IMG/VR virus record: IMGVR_UViG_3300009682_000003 | Coordinates: 8,724-72,723 of that record | DNA: 64,000 nt | From: a virus | Taxonomy: Duplodnaviria > Caudoviricetes | Direction: 5' to 3' (one strand) | In this document: in pieces, positions 8,528-17,662 of the stretch | Layout of the letters: every line of letters begins with the position of its first letter | Position numbering within the stretch: the stretch's first letter is position 1 | Translations under genes and position numbers: made by a program | The notes under the pieces: generated by a model | Seen by the model: only the letters and a program-made list of their open reading frames with translations | The model's database searches: none | What the model was told of the DNA's origin: nothing

Positions 8528-9919
8528 TCAGGGCTCTTCGTCGTGGGAAAGGTTGTCGAATCGGGTGTACTGCTTCTCGAACGCGAGCCGGATCGTGTCG
8601 GTCGGGCCGTTGCGCTGCTTGGCCACAATCACGTCGCAAGTGCCCTTTGTCTCGGCGTCCTTGTCGTAGTAGTCCTCGCGGTAGAGGAACGCGACGACGT
8701 CCGCTTCTTGCTCAAGCTCGCCCGACTCGCGCAGGTCCGAAAGCATAGGTCGCCGCCCGCCGCGCCCTTCTTCCGGCCCCCGGTTGAGCTGGCACAGCGC
8801 CATGATCGGCACGTTGACGGCGCGGGCCGTGCGCTTGAGCGCTCGGGCGATCGAGCCGACCTGCTCTTGCCGGCTGCGCGCGGCGGGGTCTTGGGGGTTC
8901 ATGATCTGGAGGTAGTCGACGACCGCAAGGGCGATGTGGTAGCCCAGCCGCGAAGCCATCGCGACGGATCGCTGGAGCTTCGCGCGCAGGTCGAGCGGCC
9001 CGAGGCCCACCGTGTCGTCCAAGTACATGGGCAGCTTGTAAAGCTCGTTGCGCACGTACTGCATGCGCCCAAGCTCCTCGTTGGTGACCATGCCCAGCCT
9101 CGCTCGGTTCAGGTCGATCCGTGCGCCCTGGCACACCAGCCGCATTGCAAGCTGGTCGCGCGGCATCTCCAGGCTGAACACCACGGCTATGTTGCCGTTG
9201 GGCGTTGCCGGCTCCCCGAACACCGCGCCCTTGTACTCGGCAACGGTCTTCGCCGCCTGCATCGCGAAGCTCGTCTTCCCCATGCCAGGGCGCGCGGCGA
9301 CGAGGATCAAGTCGGTGGCCATCCACCCACCCGTAACCTGATCGAGCCGCTTGAACCCGGTGGGGGCGCCCAGGCGCATGCCATCGGAACGCGCGGCGAC
9401 CTCCATCCGGTCGCTCGACTCCTTGATCGCCACGCTCAGCGGCACCAGCTCCTTGTCGACCTGGCCGCGGGCGACGCCAGCGATCTTCGCCTCGGCGTCG
9501 TCGAGGAAGCTCTGCGCCTCGCCTGGGTGCGCGTAGGCCTCGGCGGCAATCACCTGGCTGGCACGGATAAGCTCGCGCAGCCGCCACTTGTCCTTGACCC
9601 TGTCGCAGTAGGCCTTGACGTTCGAGACGACCGGGACCGCGTCAAGCACCTCCGCAAGGTACACGGCGCCGCCCACCCGCTGGAGCATTTCGCGATCGGC
9701 CAGCCACGACCGCACGGTAAGAATGTCGATCGGAACGCCACGCCCGTGCAGGTCGATCATGGCGTGGAAGATCTTGGCGTTGGCGTCCGAGTAGAAGTGC
9801 TCGGGGTGGAGCGAAGCAATAACCTCGGCGCCGTAGCGCTCGGGGTCGAGAAGGACGGTGGAAAGAACCGCCGCCTCTGCGGTTAAGTCGTTGGGCGGTA
9901 CGATGCGTTCGGTTGTCAT
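8528..9919 (-). CDS. dnaB: Replicative DNA helicase
   Basis: AEAAVLSTVLL N-domain, Walker A AARPGMGKT, FSLEM, VVDYLQ, QLNR, SDLRESGELEQEAD, KQRNGPT. Confidence 0.97.
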   Translation of the reverse strand: MTTERIVPPNDLTAEAAVLSTVLLDPERYGAEVIASLHPEHFYSDANAKIFHAMIDLHGRGVPIDILTVRSWLADREMLQRVGGAVYLAEVLDAVPVVSNVKAYCDRVKDKWRLRELIRASQVIAAEAYAHPGEAQSFLDDAEAKIAGVARGQVDKELVPLSVAIKESSDRMEVAARSDGMRLGAPTGFKRLDQVTGGWMATDLILVAARPGMGKTSFAMQAAKTVAEYKGAVFGEPATPNGNIAVVFSLEMPRDQLAMRLVCQGARIDLNRARLGMVTNEELGRMQYVRNELYKLPMYLDDTVGLGPLDLRAKLQRSVAMASRLGYHIALAVVDYLQIMNPQDPAARSRQEQVGSIARALKRTARAVNVPIMALCQLNRGPEEGRGGRRPMLSDLRESGELEQEADVVAFLYREDYYDKDAETKGTCDVIVAKQRNGPTDTIRLAFEKQYTRFDNLSHDEEP

Positions 9920-9926
9920 TGTGCGC

Positions 9927-9955
9927 AGGCTAGCGTCGCCTGGTGTCCAATGCAA
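9927..9955 (-). promoter_or_regulatory. Sigma70-type promoter giving a leaderless dnaB mRNA
   Basis: TTGCAT-N17-TAGCCT-N7-ATG; no SD. Confidence 0.7.
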
Positions 9956-9975
9956 CCTGTTGCGTTGGGGGCAGT

Positions 9976-12720
9976 CTACTTGGTCTGAATGATCGTGATG
10001 TCTGCCAGGACCGGGCCGGGGGCGCCCGCGACCGAGCCGCCCACGGTGAAGCCGAACGGGTTGACGCCGGCAGGGAACTCGACGGCGCCGAGAGCTGTGT
10101 AGACCATGGCGCTCGCCGTCAGCCCCCCGTTCACGTACGGAATCCACGGGCCGGCGTAGGCCGCGCCAGGGGAGGCGGCGACCGAAACGTTTTGCAGCCA
10201 CCAGACGTCGCGATCGATCGCGCCGCTGTTTGGCGCGCTGGTCTGCCCTTGCTGGAGGTGGCACTGGTTTGCGTCGATGTACGCGCCGTCCGCGATGAGT
10301 TGGTTGAAGTCGCAGTCGCGGAAAACGCCCACCGGGTAGGCCTCGGTCCCGATGCCGGCGATCCTGGTGAGCAGCCCCGAGTGGCAGTTGTAGCCTTCGC
10401 AGATCGTCGGGGGAATGACGAAGGCGAACGCCCCGCCGAGGTCCAGCTCGTTCCACACGCAATGGTAGAGCCTGACGTGACCGGCCCGCAGCTCGGGCAC
10501 GTCCGTGTCGCTCAGGTCGTTCGAGAAAATCGACTGGACGTCAACGTAGTAGGCACGGACGTGCGCCTCGTTGTGAGGCTCGATCCTGTCGACCTCGCAA
10601 TGGTGGAGATCGACCGCGCCCTCCGCTCCGCTCGGGTGTGCGACGCCCGACAAGTAGTAGACCTCGAGCGTGCCCTCGTGGTTCACCTCTTGGTAGCCGA
10701 CGTAGTCGAACTGCGAGATCGTCTGTTGACCGAGGATCAGGCTGTCCCGCACGAGGACGTCGCCCGTCGCGATCAGGTGCAGAGCAAGGCGCGTCCTCGC
10801 CCGGGAAATCACCAGGCACCGCCACAGCAGCAGGGGCAACGTGTCGAAGATGGTCAGGTTGGGCACGTTGCTGCCGTCGACTTTGATCGCGTAAGCGGGG
10901 CTGCCCTCCACCGGGTCGACCTGCTCGATCTGAATGTCCGTGATGTACATGCCCTGGAGGTTGTGCGTGCCCGAGTACTCGATCACGGGCACGCTCCCGT
11001 CCGCTCCCACGATCGTTGCTCCCCACTTGCTGGTCAGCGTGATGTTGTCCACGCTGGGCCAGGTAATGTTCTCGGTGTACACGCCGGGTCCGACGAACAC
11101 CACGTCGCCCGCCAGCGCCGCGTTGAGCGCAGCTTGAACGGTGAGGAACTTGTTGGTCAAGCTGTTGCGCACGCCCGTTCCGTCGTTGCCGTCCTTGCCG
11201 ACGAAGACGAAGTTGGCCCACGTTACCGCGCCGCCGCCGCCGGCTGCGTCCACGCGCAGCGTTTCGTTGCCGCCGACGTTCTGCGGAGTCAGCGTCACGT
11301 TCGATCCAGCGACGAGCTTGGTCGCGAGGAACCCTTCGGTGTTGTCGGTGAGGCTGACGCGCGCCCTGCCACCCACGCCGCCCTGCTGGTCCTGGCGGGG
11401 CTCGTTGGTCACGTCGGGCACGTAGCCGTTGTCCATGCGGTAGTCGTTCGAGCTGTTGTCGAACGCCATGCACGCGCGCAGCGTGCCCTTGCAACCTGGC
11501 TCGAAGCGAAAGCCGTCAACGTTGTTGTACGCGCTGCAACACTCGAAGACGCCGTAGCTGTCGTTGTCGAGGTCGAAGCCCTCCTCCGCGCAATTGTAAG
11601 CAGTGCAGCCGTAGACGTGCGCCGCGACGTAGTCGTCGATGTCGAACCCTTGCGCGACGTCGTGCGCGATGCACCTACGAATGATGCCGGTACTCCACGC
11701 GCCGTAGGTCGACTGCCACGCGCCAAGCTGGTCCAGCTTGAAGGCCTCCCCTCCGTTGCCCGCCGCCACATTGAACGCGAGGCAGTCTTCGATCAGGCTG
11801 TTGAAGCAGTTTTGTAGCTGAACTTGGCGAGTGGTCTGATTGCCGCCGTCGAACGTGCACCTCGTGATGAACGTCTGATCGAACCCGCGTACGTTCAAGG
11901 CCGCGCCCTCGATCTCCCAGTCGGCGGCGTTCACGAAATTGCAGTCGATGAACGCCAGCTTGCTCGACATTTCAGTCGCCGGGTTCGGCGGCGTCGCGTA
12001 CAGGTTCCAGAAGTACGAGAGCATGACGCCGGGGGCGATGCCGACGACGTCGTGCACGTACAGGTCCGCGAAGATGATGCGCTCCACGAGCGAGAACTCC
12101 GCGGCGAAGGAAATGAACGCGCCCCGCGAGTTGGCGACCGGGCTGGTTGCGCTGAAAAGCTCGAAGCCGCTGAACGTCACGTCCTGCGCCCCGTTGGCGA
12201 GCTTCACGCATTCCTGCCCGGTGATCTTCGGCGTGTACCCGTCCCCCGCCTTCACGACGTAACCGCCGGCCACCGCCGGAAGCGTGATCGGGTCGTAGGT
12301 AGCGTCGGTTCGTACCTCCAGCACCTGTCCGCTTGCCAGCGAGTCGATCGCCGTTTGAAGCGCTCCGCTTGCCGTGTCCGTGAGCACGACGTCCGGCACA
12401 AGCGACGGCAACGCTTCGACTCGGGCCTCCGCGATCGTGCTCCACCCGCTCTCGCTGTTGCACCCTCCCCCTTCGCCGCCGCCCGTGGCGTCGATCTGCA
12501 TCTGCTCGTTGCCCCCGGGGTTCAGCAACGTGAGCGTGACGTTCGCGCCGGAAACCAGCTTGCCGGCGAGGTAGCCCGCGGTCGTATCGGACGCCTGCAC
12601 CTTGACAAGCTGGTCGATCCCGCCTGCTGCGAACGCAGCCTCGATGCGGCGGTTCAGCTCGTGCCAAACGTCTTCAAGGTGCTTGTCGCGGAACGTCGTA
12701 AAGAGCCTGCGAAATGCCAT
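9976..12720 (-). CDS. Receptor-binding spike / depolymerase with parallel beta-helix domains (914 aa)
   Basis: Beta-helix-like repeats (RRCIAHDVAQGFDID, YGCTAYNCAEEGFDLD), GKDGNDGTG...KFLTVQAAL motif, shared N-terminal module. Confidence 0.75.
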   Translation of the reverse strand: MAFRRLFTTFRDKHLEDVWHELNRRIEAAFAAGGIDQLVKVQASDTTAGYLAGKLVSGANVTLTLLNPGGNEQMQIDATGGGEGGGCNSESGWSTIAEARVEALPSLVPDVVLTDTASGALQTAIDSLASGQVLEVRTDATYDPITLPAVAGGYVVKAGDGYTPKITGQECVKLANGAQDVTFSGFELFSATSPVANSRGAFISFAAEFSLVERIIFADLYVHDVVGIAPGVMLSYFWNLYATPPNPATEMSSKLAFIDCNFVNAADWEIEGAALNVRGFDQTFITRCTFDGGNQTTRQVQLQNCFNSLIEDCLAFNVAAGNGGEAFKLDQLGAWQSTYGAWSTGIIRRCIAHDVAQGFDIDDYVAAHVYGCTAYNCAEEGFDLDNDSYGVFECCSAYNNVDGFRFEPGCKGTLRACMAFDNSSNDYRMDNGYVPDVTNEPRQDQQGGVGGRARVSLTDNTEGFLATKLVAGSNVTLTPQNVGGNETLRVDAAGGGGAVTWANFVFVGKDGNDGTGVRNSLTNKFLTVQAALNAALAGDVVFVGPGVYTENITWPSVDNITLTSKWGATIVGADGSVPVIEYSGTHNLQGMYITDIQIEQVDPVEGSPAYAIKVDGSNVPNLTIFDTLPLLLWRCLVISRARTRLALHLIATGDVLVRDSLILGQQTISQFDYVGYQEVNHEGTLEVYYLSGVAHPSGAEGAVDLHHCEVDRIEPHNEAHVRAYYVDVQSIFSNDLSDTDVPELRAGHVRLYHCVWNELDLGGAFAFVIPPTICEGYNCHSGLLTRIAGIGTEAYPVGVFRDCDFNQLIADGAYIDANQCHLQQGQTSAPNSGAIDRDVWWLQNVSVAASPGAAYAGPWIPYVNGGLTASAMVYTALGAVEFPAGVNPFGFTVGGSVAGAPGPVLADITIIQTK

Positions 12721-12729
12721 GATAGAACC

Positions 12730-13626
12730 TCACGCAATGGGACCGATCGCCGCAGCGATCCGATCAAAGGCCTCTTGGACCGTCGAGGGCGGGGAGCCAG
12801 ACCAGTCAGCGGGAACCGCTGGGGAGTAGACGACGCGAGGGCTCCTCGAAAGGTTGCCGTCGTCGGGTCCGAAGACCACGGAGCCGAGGAAGCTGGGCAG
12901 CGCCGGGGGGGGCTCGGGAAAGCTGGGGCCGAGCGCGTTGTAGACAAGCGTTGCGCCGGCTTCGCCCGAAAGCCAGTTCTGCGACCATACGCCGAAGTTG
13001 TCGACGCATGCCACGATGGCGCCGTCCGCTGCGTTGACGATCGGCTGCGAGCAAACGCCACCCTGGGGACCGACGAACCCGCTGAACGTGCCGGCGACGA
13101 CGAAGAACTCTCCCGAGGCGACCTCGATCGCAGGGACTGAGCCCTGATTGTCGATCAGCGCGCCTCGATAGGCGGCGAAGACCTGGGGCACGCCTGCTTG
13201 GTCGGGGTAGGTGAAACAAGGCGCGGCGCTCGGGTGAACCCGGAGCTCCAGGCCGTCTGTGATCCCCTTCAGGTTCTGGAGCACCGCACCGTCCTGCACG
13301 TCGAGCACGACGATACCTGTTGGGAGCAACACGGAACCGAGCTGTGCGAACCGCAGGTTGTAGACGCCGGGCGGGACCGGAGCTGGAGTGCCGATCGGTG
13401 TCTGGCGCGAGGTGTCGACGTACACCGTAGCGCCCTCGACCTGGCCGAGGAACTCCATGACCTCTTCCCAGGTGGCGACGGCGTTGCCGGACGAAGGCGC
13501 GCCGGGCCTGTACACGATCGTGTCGGAGCTTCCGCGGATCGCGACGTCGATGCGCCGGTTCAGCTCGTGCCAGAGTTGCTCCAGGTACTTGTCCTTGAAC
13601 GTCGCGAATAGCCGCTTGAACGCCAT
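12730..13626 (-). CDS. Spike/fibre protein 2
   Basis: Shared N-terminal module; C-terminal YSPAVPADW...TVQEAFDRIAA fibre-type motif. Confidence 0.7.
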   Translation of the reverse strand: MAFKRLFATFKDKYLEQLWHELNRRIDVAIRGSSDTIVYRPGAPSSGNAVATWEEVMEFLGQVEGATVYVDTSRQTPIGTPAPVPPGVYNLRFAQLGSVLLPTGIVVLDVQDGAVLQNLKGITDGLELRVHPSAAPCFTYPDQAGVPQVFAAYRGALIDNQGSVPAIEVASGEFFVVAGTFSGFVGPQGGVCSQPIVNAADGAIVACVDNFGVWSQNWLSGEAGATLVYNALGPSFPEPPPALPSFLGSVVFGPDDGNLSRSPRVVYSPAVPADWSGSPPSTVQEAFDRIAAAIGPIA

Positions 13627-13635
13627 GGCTTGCTC

Positions 13636-14637
13636 CTACTTGGCAACCCAGCCGGTGTTGCCGACGCCGCTTTCCTTCACCCAGAGCGTGAGATCCTTGC
13701 CGCCGTTGGTGTCGAGGTACAGGACGCCCGGCGGGGCAGTCACCACGCCCTCGGGGCTGCCGGCGCCCCACCGCAGCCGAAAAGCTAGCGCGTCGATCGC
13801 CCCCTGCGTTTCGGTCGCTCCGAGGTGCGGAGAGGCCGAGCCCTGGAACGCAACACGCGACGCCTGCTCCGCGAGAATGATCGTCGCTCCCGCCTGGGGC
13901 AGCGCGGTGGCGCCAGCGTTCACCACCACGACTTCCGCGACGGTGTTCGGGAGGCCTTGCACGGTGTTGTCCTGCGCCGTCGCTGCATCGAGCAGGAACA
14001 CGACGAGGCCGCTTTGCCGCGACTGGGCCTGGAGCACGCTCGTGCCCGTGGACTCGACCAGCTCGCTGTCGTCTGCGAGCCACCAGTGGCTCGATCCTCC
14101 GACGAGACGGTCGCCAGAGTCGACGGTGAAGAACGGTGCGCCGCCCGTGCACTCGATCGAGCTACCTTCCGCCAGAACGTACGTCGGGTTGCCCCCGGTG
14201 TTCGAGGCCTGCACGTCCTCGGAGGTGACCACGGGCTGCGTGCTCGCGCTTGTGATGCGCAGCGCCCTGAACTCGAAGACGCCAATCAGCCTGGCACCGT
14301 CTACACACGACAGCGGGCACTTGCCGCCCGCAGCGCCGCGCTGCCTACCGCGCATGATCGTGTACCCGCCGAGGTTCCACAAACCGGCGCCGACGATCGG
14401 CGCTCCCAGCGAGTCGTCAACGAACACAGTCTTGACGCCCGGGATTGCGGCTGCCGCGGCCACCGTCTCTGGCCACGTCCCATACACGCCGCCTCCCGTC
14501 TGCGCTCCCTGTCGGTACACGATGCTCGCAGCGCCCGAGGTCGAGTCGATGGCCGCTTGGATGCGACGGTTCAGCTCGTGCCAAACGGCTTCGAGGTGCT
14601 TGTCGTTGAACGTGGTGAACAGCTTTCGGAATGCCAT
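13636..14637 (-). CDS. Spike/fibre protein 3
   Basis: Shared N-terminal module; C-terminal GSPEGVVTAPPGVLY...KESGVGNTGWVAK motif typical of phage fibre tips. Confidence 0.75.
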   Translation of the reverse strand: MAFRKLFTTFNDKHLEAVWHELNRRIQAAIDSTSGAASIVYRQGAQTGGGVYGTWPETVAAAAAIPGVKTVFVDDSLGAPIVGAGLWNLGGYTIMRGRQRGAAGGKCPLSCVDGARLIGVFEFRALRITSASTQPVVTSEDVQASNTGGNPTYVLAEGSSIECTGGAPFFTVDSGDRLVGGSSHWWLADDSELVESTGTSVLQAQSRQSGLVVFLLDAATAQDNTVQGLPNTVAEVVVVNAGATALPQAGATIILAEQASRVAFQGSASPHLGATETQGAIDALAFRLRWGAGSPEGVVTAPPGVLYLDTNGGKDLTLWVKESGVGNTGWVAK

Positions 14638-14640
14638 GTC

Positions 14641-15147
14641 TCACCCCTTGCGTGCCTCTCGCTCCATCTTGTCGAGCCGCTTGTAGTAGTCGGGGATCTC
14701 GGTGAGGTGCGCGAGCGCGATCATGCCGACAGCGGGCATGATCATCGACGGGTCTTTGAACAGCGGGGCGAGCGCACCGATGTGCTCTTGCTCGACCTCC
14801 AGGCCGCGCCTGAACTCTTGCACGTTGAACACGTCCCAGCGCACGCCGAGCCGGTCACCGATTGCCCTGGCGCGCTCGAGCGTGACGGGCTCGAAAGGCG
14901 CTGGGTTCGGCAACGTTTTCCACTCCGCAGGCTCGCCCCAGCTTGCGTTGTCGTCGGGGTCGAGGCCAAGCCTCTTGAGCCCGGTGCGTGCGTACACCCT
15001 TGCGGCGCCAAGGTGGGGCCACCGCGATCGGCCATCGTTGATCTGCTTGGCGAGGTCCGCGGCGTCCTCTCGGTACTCGTTGCCGCCGACGATCTTGCCG
15101 GCGTACACGACCCAGTACCTGTAAGCCTTCATGTTGATCCGCCGCAT
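14641..15147 (-). CDS. Protein with DUF5661-like C-terminal domain
   Basis: EFRRGLEVEQEH...IALAHLTEIPDYYKRLDKME motif. Confidence 0.7.
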   Translation of the reverse strand: MRRINMKAYRYWVVYAGKIVGGNEYREDAADLAKQINDGRSRWPHLGAARVYARTGLKRLGLDPDDNASWGEPAEWKTLPNPAPFEPVTLERARAIGDRLGVRWDVFNVQEFRRGLEVEQEHIGALAPLFKDPSMIMPAVGMIALAHLTEIPDYYKRLDKMEREARKG

Positions 15148-15159
15148 GGCCCGCCCCTC

Positions 15160-15540
15160 TCAGATCCACTCGTATTGCAGCGTGTACATGATCGACGAGG
15201 CGAGGTTGCCCGCGGCCTCGTTGCCCTGGTTCCACTGCGCCACGAGCGACTCGATGAACTTGTACAGATCCGGCACCGTGCGGATCTCAAACGCGGTCTT
15301 CCACGCATACAGCCGATCGGGTCCGCTTTTCACTCCGCGACCCACCGCGCGAGCCGCCGCCTGCGCGGCGACGATTTCGTCCTCCTCCACCAGCGTCATC
15401 CAGTACGCCGGGGGCGAGGGCGACACGAGCAGGGCGCCTTCCTCGTCCTTTGCGTCACGCAAGTGCAGGTCGAAGTCTGAGAGCGTGGGCATCGTTCCGT
15501 ACGACATGCTCTCCCACTCTGCCATCCGAAGATTGCGCAT
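15160..15540 (-). CDS. Hypothetical protein
   Basis: GAGGA SD before ATG 15540. Confidence 0.7.
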   Translation of the reverse strand: MRNLRMAEWESMSYGTMPTLSDFDLHLRDAKDEEGALLVSPSPPAYWMTLVEEDEIVAAQAAARAVGRGVKSGPDRLYAWKTAFEIRTVPDLYKFIESLVAQWNQGNEAAGNLASSIMYTLQYEWI

Positions 15541-15547
15541 GATTTCC

Positions 15548-15814
15548 TCACTGATCGTCCGTGATGCCCCACTGGGCAAGCTCCTCCATCGCCCTGGCCA
15601 CTTGCGTGGTGTTCAGGCCGATGGCCAACAGGTGCTCCCGCCACTGCTCCTCGGAAAGGCTGTCGACGTTCACGCCCGCCTTGTCGAGCTCCAGTGCCGT
15701 TTCCCGCACGCGAACCATCGCCTCGTCCTCGAGATCCTCTCCGTCAACCTGGTTCTCAAGCACGAGGTACTTGCCCACGATCTGCTGCGCCTTGCGCGGG
15801 TCGTCTCGGTTCAC
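15548..15814 (-). CDS. Acidic hypothetical protein
   Basis: GAGGAG SD, GTG start, within the operon. Confidence 0.7.
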   Translation of the reverse strand: MNRDDPRKAQQIVGKYLVLENQVDGEDLEDEAMVRVRETALELDKAGVNVDSLSEEQWREHLLAIGLNTTQVARAMEELAQWGITDDQ

Positions 15815-15815
15815 G

Positions 15816-17045
15816 TCAATGCTCCTCGTAGGCGACCGTCAGGTCGGGCCGCGTCCAGCACGCTCGGCAGCCGTGTCCGACCGGCGAGCGTTCATCGTTC
15901 ATGTTCCCGAAAGCGAAGCCGGGACCGCGGGCTCCAGAGCAGCAGCCGCCGACCCACTTGCCCGGCTGGCCCGCCTTGGGCTTGGCCGCGCCCCCCTCGT
16001 GGGGCGGCTTGTAGGCTGGGTACACCCACGTCGCGAGCTGCGGCGCAAGCTCTGGGGGCGCCGAGGCGGCGCTCGACGAGTACCCGGCGTAGCCGAGGCT
16101 CGGCCCCATCTCGCGAAAGTGCATGGCGCTCGGCCTCACCACGAGGTTCGGGGGGATGCACCGCACGTCTTCGCTCGTCGGGCACGCCCCCCCTCCCCGC
16201 GGCACCCAGGTGCGCGTGGGCGCCCAGATCACCATGGGCGGCACCTCAACGGTGCGCGTGGCGACCGGCCCCGTGGTGCGCGTGACGATCGCCGGCTGGC
16301 TCAGGTTGCGCCCGATCTGGCACCACTCCTCGAAGTAGCGGCGGTTCAGGAAGTCCCCGCAGTCATGCAGCCGAAAGAAGTACGGGTCTTCGGTGAGCTG
16401 CACGTCGGTCAGCTTGCCCTGCTCGGTGAGCTTGGCGATGCGGCGGACGCTGTGCGCCTGCCGGTTGCGGATCGCCTCGGTGAACACCTCGGCCATGGCG
16501 CCTGGCTTCAGGCGCAGCATGTACCTGACGAACTGCCTGCGCACCTCCAGCGTGAGCGCGACGGTCGTGGTTGCGTACTGCCCTTTGATGCCGTAGCAGC
16601 CGCTGCACACGTAGGTGGCGGGCTTGACTCCGATTGCGTGGGCCGCTGGCGAAAGCGGCATCGCGCGCCGCTCGTCCTCGCTCAGCATGGGGAAGCCGGG
16701 CACGCTCCCGTAGCACGAGCCGCCGAGCTTGGGAGGCCCCGCCGGCAGGTTGAACCCCCAGCACACCATCTTGCCTGCGCTGCCGAGCAGCTCGACGCTT
16801 GCCATGAAAACCTGCGGGTCGCCGGAAGCGTAGGACGACCTGGCGGGTGAGCCGATCGCCTCCCACAGCCCGTACACGTCGCCTCGCGTGATGGGCCTCG
16901 CAAGCGGGATTTCTGGCACTCCGTTGACGATCTGCATCCTGGGCTTGCTCGGCAAGCAGGACTCGACGAGCTTGCGCATGTGCGGCCTGATCGCGATTGC
17001 GTGCGGCTGGATCGTCTGCGCCGCGTTTTCGATGCGCGCCCCCAT
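15816..17045 (-). CDS. Gp88-like (radical-SAM-related) Cys-rich protein
   Basis: CSGCYGIKGQY, FFRLHDCGDF, IWAPTR, terminal CRACW...VAYEEH as in the mycobacteriophage gp88 family. Confidence 0.75.
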   Translation of the reverse strand: MGARIENAAQTIQPHAIAIRPHMRKLVESCLPSKPRMQIVNGVPEIPLARPITRGDVYGLWEAIGSPARSSYASGDPQVFMASVELLGSAGKMVCWGFNLPAGPPKLGGSCYGSVPGFPMLSEDERRAMPLSPAAHAIGVKPATYVCSGCYGIKGQYATTTVALTLEVRRQFVRYMLRLKPGAMAEVFTEAIRNRQAHSVRRIAKLTEQGKLTDVQLTEDPYFFRLHDCGDFLNRRYFEEWCQIGRNLSQPAIVTRTTGPVATRTVEVPPMVIWAPTRTWVPRGGGACPTSEDVRCIPPNLVVRPSAMHFREMGPSLGYAGYSSSAASAPPELAPQLATWVYPAYKPPHEGGAAKPKAGQPGKWVGGCCSGARGPGFAFGNMNDERSPVGHGCRACWTRPDLTVAYEEH

Positions 17046-17047
17046 GG

Positions 17048-17659
17048 TCACACTCCCGAGCCAATAACGCGATCCTCTTGGGAACCGCGGTGAAGGATAC
17101 CCGCAAGGGCGAGAAGGAAGCCACCGAACACGCTGATCGCGATCATCCAGTTGGCGACGTTCACTCCCTGCGCTGCTGGCTTTGCATCGTACGATACATG
17201 GCGCGGTTCGGGCACCCCCGGCAGCACGCCGCTTTGAGCTCCCTGGTCGAGAGCGGCCCGCTGCGCGTTGTAAATTGGGTCGTAGTAGACGAACGAGGGG
17301 CAGCAGTCGCCTGCCCTGTCCGCGCCGGGCTCGCACGGCCTGGTGGGGTCGCCGTCCTGCCAAGGCAGAGTGCCCTTCGACAACCACCTCACTGCGTTTG
17401 CCCGGTTCGAGTCGTTCGACCTGGCGTACCACCAGGCGAAGCACGCCAGCTCGCGCCAGTCGATCGAGTCGCACGCGCCGCCTTGCATGGTCGCGGCGGC
17501 TCCGGGGAACCAGCCGGCAGCTCGGCACACGTCGAGCAGCCGCTGCGCCTCGATCTCCCAGGCGACCACGCCAGCGCGGCGAAGCTCGCGCGCAAGCACG
17601 CGGTCCACTGCGGTCCACAGCGGCGCGTCGAACGTGATCGCCTGGCAGGGGAAGGGCAT
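17048..17659 (-). CDS. C-terminally membrane-anchored Cys/Trp-rich protein
   Basis: C-terminal WMIAISVFGGFLLALAGIL TM. Confidence 0.75.
   Translation of the reverse strand: MPFPCQAITFDAPLWTAVDRVLARELRRAGVVAWEIEAQRLLDVCRAAGWFPGAAATMQGGACDSIDWRELACFAWWYARSNDSNRANAVRWLSKGTLPWQDGDPTRPCEPGADRAGDCCPSFVYYDPIYNAQRAALDQGAQSGVLPGVPEPRHVSYDAKPAAQGVNVANWMIAISVFGGFLLALAGILHRGSQEDRVIGSGV
17183..17198 (-). repeat. 16-bp near-palindrome copy C (TGCATCGTACGATACA on +)
   Basis: Read directly. Confidence 0.9.
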
Positions 17660-17662
17660 GTG

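Noticed and set aside
9976-14637. Shufflon or diversity-generating retroelement behind the spike triad
   Set aside because: All three genes are co-oriented with their own SDs; no inverted crossover sites, reverse transcriptase or TR/VR pair seen.
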